A stretch of 64,000 nt of DNA from Faecousia sp. (GTDB lineage Bacteria > Bacillota > Clostridia > Oscillospirales > Oscillospiraceae). Shown one piece after another: positions 49,354-57,131 of the stretch; within the stretch, counting starts at the first letter, position 1, and every line of letters starts with the position of its first letter. A model generated the notes under the pieces. It saw nothing but the letters and a program-made list of their open reading frames with translations. It made no database searches and was not told where the DNA came from. The translations under genes and the position numbers were made by a program. The DNA is taken from NCBI GenBank assembly GCA_045535175.1, contig JAZSLC010000142.1:4745-68744 (forward strand). Direction: 5' to 3'.

Positions 49354-50061
49354 ATGGGTGCAAGAGATTTTAATGCAATGATGAATGACCCGGTGGCTCG
49401 CAGCTACTATATGAAGCAGCAGATCGAGATGCACAAAAAGTATTGTAAAGATAATCCGGATTCTTTGATGCCCCTTTTTTCGCAGGAGTTATGGTATCTG
49501 GGATTCGACTTTGAGATTCCTGAACAAGCACTTCGGTATCTGCCGAAAAACAAAAAAGCCATTTTACCGATTGCTATAAAGTATTATCAACTTGCAAAGG
49601 GTAACGGAAAAGACAATGAACAGGATTTCTTCCTCGGTTTTTTTCGATTCAAGGGCTTTGACGAAGTGTTGCCGATGCTGCTGGAAGACTATTATGATGA
49701 TAAGACAACAGACCTGACTCGATGGTTTATTTCGGATACGATTTATACCATCAGATCGAAAAAGTATATAAATGAGTATATTAAGATGATTTCAAACCCG
49801 CGCTTTGGCCGAAACAGACAGTTAATTGTATTATTGCTTGGGAGATTCAAAGAAGAGAGTGCAATTCCTGTTTTGATCCAGCTGCTGGAAGATGAAGATG
49901 TCCGGCTCCACGCAATTAGCGCATTGGGGGATTTCAAAAGAGAGGAATACCGGCCTTGTTTTGAAAGATTCAAGGATTCAAAACATCCGGGTTGGCGCAA
50001 ATATGCCAGAGCGGCCATCAAAAAACTGGATACACAGGCGGCACGGCAGGGACCAGAGTAA
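49354..50061 (+). CDS. HEAT-repeat protein (immunity-like)
   Basis: LLLGRFKEESAIPVLIQLLEDEDVRLHAISALG HEAT signature. Confidence 0.8.
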   Translation: MGARDFNAMMNDPVARSYYMKQQIEMHKKYCKDNPDSLMPLFSQELWYLGFDFEIPEQALRYLPKNKKAILPIAIKYYQLAKGNGKDNEQDFFLGFFRFKGFDEVLPMLLEDYYDDKTTDLTRWFISDTIYTIRSKKYINEYIKMISNPRFGRNRQLIVLLLGRFKEESAIPVLIQLLEDEDVRLHAISALGDFKREEYRPCFERFKDSKHPGWRKYARAAIKKLDTQAARQGPE

Positions 50062-50114
50062 AGGAAAAAAGGCGAGTGGTCGATTCTCGTCTTTTGGATG
50101 AATGGAGGATGCGT

Positions 50115-50801
50115 ATGGAATATCGCTTGGGGCGTGTGGTTCGGTATGGCGTATGGATTCTTGCGGTTTCGTTGGTGGTGACGGCGGCTGCGCTGTGGAT
50201 CGTGAAGCATCAGGAAACAGAAAAACTGTATCAGGAAATCCGTGAGGCGATTTTGGGCTTCCCTGGACTGAAAGAGCCCTATCAGACAGCGGTTTGCTAT
50301 TATCGGGACGGGGCGAATGAATATCTGTTGGTTGAAACGGCAGATTTGCAGATCGCCGGTGTCCGGGACGGCGCGGGATATACGGCCTATTTCCTGAACG
50401 GACAGCGGGTGGTCCCGGAGCCAGAATCATCCGAGTGGGAAACGGACCTCCGGGCGGAGCAAATCAGAGAAATCACGGCAAAGGGCGTTGGGGATCTTTT
50501 GACGGACAGCGGCATTTCTTATGCATATAAAGTTCCCCGGGGACGAGATTTGCCGCTGTGGATTTATCCTGATGACTCCTATTATTTTCGTATTACTCGT
50601 CCGGGATATGAAGATTGTATGGAGGTTATGACCTCCGGGGAAAGATCACGCGGACAGTATGTCCAATGGAATATTGCAGAGTCGTCCGAGGCAGTTTTGC
50701 TTTATTTACTTATCAAAGAGAGTGCCAATATTGATGATCTGGATATGGTCCGGGGGTGGGGAAGGTTGCCTGAGGCCCTGCTGGCGCCGGATGGACAATG
50801 A
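50115..50801 (+). CDS. Hypothetical membrane-anchored protein
   Basis: GGAGG RBS, N-terminal TM segment; no family recognised. Confidence 0.65.
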   Translation: MEYRLGRVVRYGVWILAVSLVVTAAALWIVKHQETEKLYQEIREAILGFPGLKEPYQTAVCYYRDGANEYLLVETADLQIAGVRDGAGYTAYFLNGQRVVPEPESSEWETDLRAEQIREITAKGVGDLLTDSGISYAYKVPRGRDLPLWIYPDDSYYFRITRPGYEDCMEVMTSGERSRGQYVQWNIAESSEAVLLYLLIKESANIDDLDMVRGWGRLPEALLAPDGQ

Positions 50802-50883
50802 ACAATCCGGAATACGGGCCGCAACCGGCCACTGTCTTTGGGTCTTATTTGGTCTACCAATTGAATGGTACGAGGTGGCGAAA

Positions 50884-51528
50884 GTGTTTCTGGTCAAGTA
50901 CTCCAAAGTAATTGTAATTGTGCTGTGTATTGTTTTTCTTTCTAATTTACTGCTCTTTTGCAATGCTCGTTTCGTTCCTTATACTTTCAAGGGAAGAGCT
51001 GCGAAGGGTGAGCCGTTTTACTTTGAAGATACGCCTGGGTATTGGAGCGAACTTACAGATTTTGCGGTTTGTGATGGTTATCTGTATGTCTTGTATGAAC
51101 TCAAAAGCGTGCTTTGCTGCTATGGCCTTGACGGCACATACTTACACTCCTACGGGTTGAGTATGAGCAAAAACGGTCAGGCACACTTATATGTAAAGGA
51201 CAACACGCTATATCTGGAAAGTAGAGAACACGGGTTTTATACTTTCAAAGAAGGGATGTTTCGGGGGTATTTCGAACTGAATGTGACCGAGTATTATTCA
51301 TACAAGGAGGAACTGAAAGCGTCCTCGGCTGGTTACCATGAATCGGATGGGAAGCAGTACGTATTGAAGGGCGCATCTTTGTGGATGGTTGAGGGGAATC
51401 ACACTCAGGAAATCATACATCGTCCCGGATGGCTGACTCTATTTCAAGGGGCACGGCAATTCGTTGTTCATATGCTGTGTTTGATTCTTCTTTCTGCTTT
51501 TGTAATTTATAAAAGGACTCGGCAATAA
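50884..51528 (+). CDS. Hypothetical protein with N- and C-terminal TM segments
   Basis: GAGGTG RBS and GTG start; beta-rich Tyr-rich middle. Confidence 0.65.
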   Translation: MFLVKYSKVIVIVLCIVFLSNLLLFCNARFVPYTFKGRAAKGEPFYFEDTPGYWSELTDFAVCDGYLYVLYELKSVLCCYGLDGTYLHSYGLSMSKNGQAHLYVKDNTLYLESREHGFYTFKEGMFRGYFELNVTEYYSYKEELKASSAGYHESDGKQYVLKGASLWMVEGNHTQEIIHRPGWLTLFQGARQFVVHMLCLILLSAFVIYKRTRQ

Positions 51529-51571
51529 TCGGTAGGCGAGGTTGTGTTTATGAAAAGATTGATAATCCTGA

Positions 51572-51678
51572 TCGGCTAATCAGTAGATTGACAGGTATTA
51601 TTAGTAAAGGAGTGGTCGAAAAATGCCTGAAGTAAATTGTAGAAACAGAACAAAGACAGAGAACCGTCCCCTGTCTTT
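51572..51678 (+). repeat. Repeat A copy 1: transposase-like 3' relic plus 21-nt hairpin
   Basis: Near-identical to 53386-53490, 54413-54497 and 54550-54653. Confidence 0.9.
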
Positions 51679-51724
51679 CTGGGACAACGCAACGTAATTT
51701 TGTTGAAAGGAATAACAGATTAGT

Positions 51725-52477
51725 ATGAAATACGGTCAGAATTATGATGAAATTTGCCAGCTTTTCAAAGAAACAGGATTTCGTCGGCGAGGAATGGCTT
51801 TCTTTCGTATTGTGGGTGACGGCGTCCTTGAGGTGATTAAATACCATTACCGAACAAGGCCATGGCAGCAGGAGTATATATGTGTTGGCATTTTCTCTAT
51901 GTATGGGGAAATGATACCCCAATGGTTAACTGCCAGTGGGTGTATACCCCAGTATCAAGTGCGCTGGCTTGACAAAACAGTAAAGGATCGTTGGATTAGT
52001 TCGATCTCCGGCGATTGGCTTTGTCAAAAGGATATCGATGAAACACATACATGGCAAATTGACATTCCGTTCCTGAAATCAAAGGTTATTCCTTTTTTAG
52101 ACGGTATAGATACCCAGAGTAAGGCTGTCGATGCTATGATGTACCTGGATGTTGAAGCGCAGGAAGTATATGGCAGACATATTATTTGGAACGATGCCTT
52201 GAAATTCGCCCCTTTTTTGTATACCGGGGATTACGAAAATGCTCGCAAGGTAATTCGCTCAATTCTTGCTCAACATGATTTTGCTATTTCGTCCAATAAG
52301 CGACGTTGGACTACGGAACAGTTTCAACAGTATATGTTGAGATATGAGCCGGAAGCCCAGAAACTGCAGTTCCTACTGCGACTGACAGAGAATCGAAATC
52401 CTGAAGAAATCAATCGTTATTTGAAAGGTAATTATGAAAATAATCTGATACTGACAAGATTTATGCGAAAGCCATAA
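51725..52477 (+). CDS. Hypothetical protein (DUF4304-like N-terminus, immunity-like)
   Basis: FKETGFRRRGMAFFR N-terminal motif; AT-rich; bracketed by 21-nt hairpins. Confidence 0.6.
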   Translation: MKYGQNYDEICQLFKETGFRRRGMAFFRIVGDGVLEVIKYHYRTRPWQQEYICVGIFSMYGEMIPQWLTASGCIPQYQVRWLDKTVKDRWISSISGDWLCQKDIDETHTWQIDIPFLKSKVIPFLDGIDTQSKAVDAMMYLDVEAQEVYGRHIIWNDALKFAPFLYTGDYENARKVIRSILAQHDFAISSNKRRWTTEQFQQYMLRYEPEAQKLQFLLRLTENRNPEEINRYLKGNYENNLILTRFMRKP

Positions 52478-52487
52478 GTAAAAGTGG

Positions 52488-52560
52488 GACAGGGGACCAG
52501 GACGGGGGATGGTTCTCAAAGACAGGGGCCGGTTATCAAGACAGGGGCCGGTTCTCTATC
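52488..52560 (+). repeat. Four tandem degenerate copies of the 21-nt hairpin motif
   Basis: GACAGGGGACCAG GACGGGGGATGGTTCTC GACAGGGGCCGGTTATC GACAGGGGCCGGTTCTCTATC. Confidence 0.85.
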
Positions 52561-52633
52561 TTGCTGGTTCGTTTTCCCATATTTTCGATCAGAATAATGT
52601 ATATAATCATCGATTGTTTGAGGTGAATCTAAA

Positions 52634-52963
52634 ATGAAACACGTAATTGATTATTCTGAAATCCCCGGTGTAAAGAAAACAAAACAGGGAATATATGCTT
52701 GGACAATTAATGAATTGTCCGATGTGATGCAATTGGCAGCAACGCATCAATGGATCGTTTTGGGAGGGGATGTTTTGTTTTCGAACGGGGATTTTACCTA
52801 TGATAACTGGTATTATGAACCTTGTCCCAATCAGCCGTTGAAGATAAATGTATACCGCAGTATTGAGAAGTGTAAGAACTATACTGAAGCATACGTTACG
52901 AAAAATGGTGGAGATTTTTTATTCGCGCTTGTTCTGTCATCGTCATTTGTCTCAGGTTGCTAA
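52634..52963 (+). CDS. Imm40-like immunity protein
   Basis: YAW...IVLGGDV...TYDNWYY...SIEKC.NY..AY pattern, 109 aa; GAGGTG RBS. Confidence 0.75.
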   Translation: MKHVIDYSEIPGVKKTKQGIYAWTINELSDVMQLAATHQWIVLGGDVLFSNGDFTYDNWYYEPCPNQPLKINVYRSIEKCKNYTEAYVTKNGGDFLFALVLSSSFVSGC

Positions 52964-52970
52964 GCTGCAG

Positions 52971-53253
52971 GACAGGGGACGGTTCTCTGTCTTGAGTAAA
53001 AAGTTGCAGAAATGTTCGATAATGCAACCGATTGACAGAACTTTGTGTTAAAATGTTCGAAAAGGTGCGGCTGGCGCTGGGCCATGGCCCAGCACTGCCC
53101 AGCGCCGTCCGCCGACCCTTGCCGTTTCTGCCTCCCAACCAGAGCGTCATCCTGAGCCGCGCCGCCAGGCGCCTCCCGAAGGATCTTGTACGTGATTCCT
53201 TTCCGAAACGCAGAAGATCCTTCGACTTCACTTCGTTTCGCTCAGGATGACGC
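52971..53253 (+). repeat. Composite repeat B/C copy 1
   Basis: 21-nt hairpin, ~90-bp conserved segment and nested GCGTCATCCTGAGC palindrome; duplicated at 54852-55135. Confidence 0.88.
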
Positions 53254-53297
53254 GAGGTCGTTTCAGGTCGAGCGGCGAAGGTACGTAACGATAGCAG

Positions 53298-53487
53298 GAC
53301 GGGGGCCGGATCTCTGTCTTGGAAAGTCAGAATGAGAACCAAAGAGAACGAAGTATAAAAAGATACACGATAAAAGTGTATCCATTCGGCAAATCAGTAG
53401 ATTGACAGGTATTCGTAATAGGAGTGGTCGAAAAATGCCTGAAGTAAATTGTAGAAACAGAACAAAGACAGAGAACCGTCCCCTGTC
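53298..53487. mobile_element. Miniature non-autonomous (REPIN/MITE-like) element
   Basis: Inverted 21-nt motifs at 53298-53318 and 53467-53487 enclosing the transposase-like 3' relic. Confidence 0.7.
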
Positions 53488-53741
53488 TTTTGGGCTCCCT
53501 TACTTCGTATGGACATACTTCACTTGGATCAGAATTACTGGATAAGGGTGCTGAAAAAGTAGGGCAAGCATTTTGTCGGAGCAACCTTGGACTATCAAGT
53601 TCAAAGTTAGTACAACAGGCAGAAAGTTATTAAGCCAAGGCTCTATTCTGACAAATATTGGACGAGGTATTTCGTCCGTTACCGGTACGGTATTAACATG
53701 GGGGCTTTCGGTAGAGTATTCCTATTAAAGGAGCGATTAAC

Positions 53742-54308
53742 GTGCAAAATTCAAAGCAAAACAGGTTTTTTAGTGGGTATGTAAGAGAGCCTGGTCCAAT
53801 GGTATTCATAATCACAATAGTGGGCATTTTGACCATTTGTGTTGCGGTATTGTGCACAGTTCTGCTGAATAACCAGTATGATCCTCATTCTCTTCAGAGC
53901 ATCACAATTCAGATCAGTCATCTCAAAATAACGGAAAATACTATTCAGTTGCATACAGATGAAGGCATTTTTTCTGTGCCGAATGATCTGGTCTGTGATT
54001 ATCCTGTTTTGCAAAATAGTGTTGCCGATCACACTGAATTCCTAATTCACTATAGACCCTTCAAGAAGAACAATGAAGTTAAGGGGACGGTATGGGCGTT
54101 GTCAGATTCGTCAGGAATAATTCACGTTAATGAAGAAACAGTAAGAGAATATCAAAAGGATAGTTATAGGATGATGGCGAAAACATCATGGATCATAGTG
54201 GTTATTTATTCTGTTTTCACATTATGTCTATGGTACTTTCTGTGTAATGCGTCAAAGTATCCACGGGTAGCCGTACTGTTTGTAAGAAAACAATGGCGCA
54301 ATTTCTGA
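53742..54308 (+). CDS. Hypothetical two-TM membrane protein
   Basis: AAGGAG RBS, GTG start, two hydrophobic segments; AT-rich. Confidence 0.7.
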   Translation: MQNSKQNRFFSGYVREPGPMVFIITIVGILTICVAVLCTVLLNNQYDPHSLQSITIQISHLKITENTIQLHTDEGIFSVPNDLVCDYPVLQNSVADHTEFLIHYRPFKKNNEVKGTVWALSDSSGIIHVNEETVREYQKDSYRMMAKTSWIIVVIYSVFTLCLWYFLCNASKYPRVAVLFVRKQWRNF

Positions 54309-54327
54309 GCACCATCGTCATAAACAG

Positions 54328-54650
54328 GACGGGGGACGGTTCTCTGTCTTGGAAAGTCAGAATGAGAGCTGAAAACGAAGTATAAAAATGATACACGACA
54401 AAGGTTATCCATTCGGCAAATCAGTGGATTGAAAGGTATTCGTAATAGGAGTGATCGAAAATGCCTGAAGTAAATTGTAGAAAAAGAACAAAGACAGAAT
54501 GAGAGCCGAAAACGAAGTATAAAAAGATACAAGATAGAGGTGTATCCATTCGGCAAATCAGTAGATTGACAGGTATTCGTAAAGGAGTGGTCGAAAAATG
54601 CCTGAAGTAAATTGTAGAAACAGAACAAAGACAGAGAACCGTCCCCTGTC
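54328..54650. mobile_element. Miniature non-autonomous element with internal tandem duplication
   Basis: Inverted 21-nt motifs at 54328-54348 and 54630-54650 enclosing two tandem ~137-bp relic units. Confidence 0.7.
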
Positions 54651-54851
54651 TTTCTTTGCTATGAAACAGAGTCATTCATTTGGTGGTTAAATAATCACTA
54701 CAACAAACCAAACTGTAATCAGCAAGCCTTTATTGTACTTCAGCATACGCATCTTGTCTCTGAATATCCAATATTGCATTTCTAACTACACCTAAGCCAT
54801 GCAACAAGGCAGCAGGACAAAGGACAGGGGACGGTTTGAAAGACGAAAATA

Positions 54852-55135
54852 GACGGGGGACAGTTCTCTGTCTTGAGCTGAATAGTTGCGGAAATGTCCG
54901 ATAATGCAACTGATTGACAGAAATTCGCGTTAAAATGTTCAAAAAGGTGCGGCTGGCGCTGGGCCCTACCCCATCCCCACCCAACGCCACCCACCACCCC
55001 CGGTCATCCCCGAACACCTCCCAGAGCGTCATCCTGAGCCGCGCCGCCAGGCGCGTGCCGAAGGATCTTGTACGTGATTCTTTGCCGAGGCGTGGAAGAT
55101 CCTTCGATTCCGCTTCGCGGTGTTCAGGATGACGC
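54852..55135 (+). repeat. Composite repeat B/C copy 2
   Basis: Diverged duplicate of 52971-53253. Confidence 0.88.
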
Positions 55136-55316
55136 AGTTTTTTGTTGACAGGAGTATTTGGGAATTGGGTCTGGCCCTGGGGGTAGCCCGCGATTCTCTC
55201 GATAGCCCACGCTTCAAAAAATCTTTGTGTATTCGGTGAAGATTAACGGTTTCATAAGAAGTTTGTCCCGTTACCCTTGACTTTTTTGGCTTTTGACATT
55301 ATAATACCATAGCTAA

Positions 55317-55393
55317 CGGGGTGTGGCGAAGTTTGGTATCGCGCTTGGTTCGGGTCCAAGAGGCCTCGGGTTCGAATCCCGACACTCCGACCA
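55317..55393 (+). tRNA. tRNA-Pro (anticodon CGG)
   Basis: Acceptor CGGGGTG/CACTCCG plus ACCA, anticodon arm CTTGG-TTCGGGT-CCAAG, T loop TTCGAAT. Confidence 0.97.
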
Positions 55394-55479
55394 TACCGGA
55401 CACCGATTCTGATACCCTGAGTATCGGGACCGGTGTTCTTTTTTGCAAAACCTATATCTTAGAGATAGGAGGGGTTAAC

Positions 55480-56151
55480 TTGTCTACAAAGCTATTTCTT
55501 CAGGCGATTATGAAGTTCCTGTTGGGGGTCCTTTTGGTCGGGGCATTGATATTCTGGCCTGCTGGAACTTTTCGTTACTTCAACGGCTGGCTCTTGATGG
55601 GAATCCTGTTTGTGCCCATGTTTGTGGCCGGAATTGTGATGATGATTAAGAATCCTGATCTGCTGAAGAGCCGTCTGAACGCCAAAGAAACCCAAAAAGA
55701 TCAGAGCGTGGTTGTGAAGCTCAGCGGCCTCATGTTCCTGGCAGGATTCATTGTGTCCGGTCTTGGGGTCCGGTTTGGATGGTATACTTTGCCGGATACG
55801 GTGGTTTGGGTCGGAACGGCCCTGTTTCTTGCTGCATATGCCCTGTATGCAGAGGTTTTAAGGGAAAATACATATCTCAGCCGCACCATTGAAGTCCAGG
55901 AAGATCAGAAGGTTATTGATACCGGGCTTTACGGCATTGTGCGGCATCCCATGTACAGCGCTACGCTGCTGCTGTTTCTTTCTATGCCGCTGGTGCTGGG
56001 TTCCATTTATGCCTTTATCATTTTCCTGGCATATCCCCTTATCATTGTCAAGCGGCTCAAGAGTGAAGAAGCATTTCTTGAGAAGGAACTGAAGGGTTAT
56101 CGGGAGTATCGACAGAAGGTAAAATATCGTCTGATACCTTATATTTGGTAA
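55480..56151 (+). CDS. Isoprenylcysteine carboxyl methyltransferase (ICMT/PEMT) family membrane protein
   Basis: QKVIDTGLYGIVRHPMY, EEAFL..L.GY..Y..KVKYRLIPYIW; TTG start after GGAGG. Confidence 0.9.
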   Translation: MSTKLFLQAIMKFLLGVLLVGALIFWPAGTFRYFNGWLLMGILFVPMFVAGIVMMIKNPDLLKSRLNAKETQKDQSVVVKLSGLMFLAGFIVSGLGVRFGWYTLPDTVVWVGTALFLAAYALYAEVLRENTYLSRTIEVQEDQKVIDTGLYGIVRHPMYSATLLLFLSMPLVLGSIYAFIIFLAYPLIIVKRLKSEEAFLEKELKGYREYRQKVKYRLIPYIW

Positions 56152-56234
56152 AACGCAAGGGCGCCTGCTTATGCAGGCGTTCTTTTCGCATTATGACCCC
56201 GTAGGCAGAATATAATCCTCTGGGAGGGATTAAA

Positions 56235-56522
56235 ATGGGCTATCGGATTCAATACGGTTTTTCGCGGGTGGATAAGTTATCAAAGAGAATGCCCCGGAAA
56301 TGGGTATGGATTGCCGCGTTATTTCTGCCGATTGCGGTATTAACAGCCCAGCTCCTGTGGCCGGAGTGGATGAAGTCCTTCCGGGAAGAACTGCTGCCGT
56401 TGTTTTCGGAAGAGGGAATGCAGATGGTAGAGGCATTTCAGGAGCACATGAAAGCCCAGGGGGGCATGAAAGAAGCGGTGCAGGTGTTTATCCAGGAAGT
56501 AATGGCAGATGTATCCCAGTAA
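56235..56522 (+). CDS. Small single-TM hypothetical protein upstream of spoIVFB
   Basis: GGAGG RBS, TM segment, overlaps the start of the M50 protease gene. Confidence 0.7.
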   Translation: MGYRIQYGFSRVDKLSKRMPRKWVWIAALFLPIAVLTAQLLWPEWMKSFREELLPLFSEEGMQMVEAFQEHMKAQGGMKEAVQVFIQEVMADVSQ

Positions 56523-57063
56523 GGTCACGATGATGCCAGGCTTTTTTGTGCTGCTGGCCTTTTTGCTGCTTGTTTTGCCTGTTCCGTGGGTGATTGCCAT
56601 GATTCTGGGGGCTTCGATCCATGAACTCGGGCATATTGCCGCACTGTGGATTCTGCGGATCCCGGTTTATAAATTGCGGATACGGTGTACCGGAGCTTAT
56701 CTGGAAACAGGAACCATGACTCCTGTTCAGGAGATTCTTTGTGCCGCAGCCGGACCAATCGGGGGATTGATGATACTGCTTTTGGGGCCCGTTTTACCGA
56801 AGACAGCCTTCGTGTGTTTGGTACATTCGGTATTTAATCTGCTTCCCATTTACCCCTTCGACGGAGGGCGCATTCTGCAGGGAATCATCTGTATGTTCTG
56901 TGGTGAGCATGGTGCATTTGCAGCAGATAAATGGATCCGGTGGGGGAGTGGTATCATTCTTATCATCCTGGCGCTTTTGTTTATTCCGATCGTTGGAGTG
57001 GCCGGCATTGCAATTGTTGCCCTTATAATATTCAGAACTGTGGCAGATCGGCAAACAAATTGA
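56509..57063 (+). CDS. spoIVFB: Site-2 (M50) protease, SpoIVFB-like
   Basis: HELGH, AAGP, FNLLPIYPFDGGRI; usual position upstream of the radical SAM pair. Confidence 0.75.
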   Translation: MYPSKVTMMPGFFVLLAFLLLVLPVPWVIAMILGASIHELGHIAALWILRIPVYKLRIRCTGAYLETGTMTPVQEILCAAAGPIGGLMILLLGPVLPKTAFVCLVHSVFNLLPIYPFDGGRILQGIICMFCGEHGAFAADKWIRWGSGIILIILALLFIPIVGVAGIAIVALIIFRTVADRQTN

Positions 57064-57131
57064 AATACTGCTTGCAAACCTATTTGAAACAGGGTAATAT
57101 ATATAGGATCACTCAACAAAGAGGTTTGGCT

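Noticed and set aside
51572-55135. CRISPR array
   Set aside because: Repeats occur in both orientations with spacings from about 13 bp to about 850 bp that contain genes; there are no uniform spacers and no cas genes.
49354-55135. Classical integron cassette array
   Set aside because: No tyrosine-recombinase intI in the window, and the hairpins lack the RYYYAAC...GTTRRRY attC organisation.
52896-55217. Short ORFs across the repeats (e.g. 52896-53342, 53032-53250, 54206-54628, 54914-55132, RQGTVLCL-containing frames)
   Set aside because: They are translations of the repeat and palindrome DNA rather than independent genes.
55321-55479. N-terminal extension of ORF 55321-56151
   Set aside because: It overlaps tRNA-Pro and its downstream hairpin; the true start is the TTG at 55480 after GGAGG.
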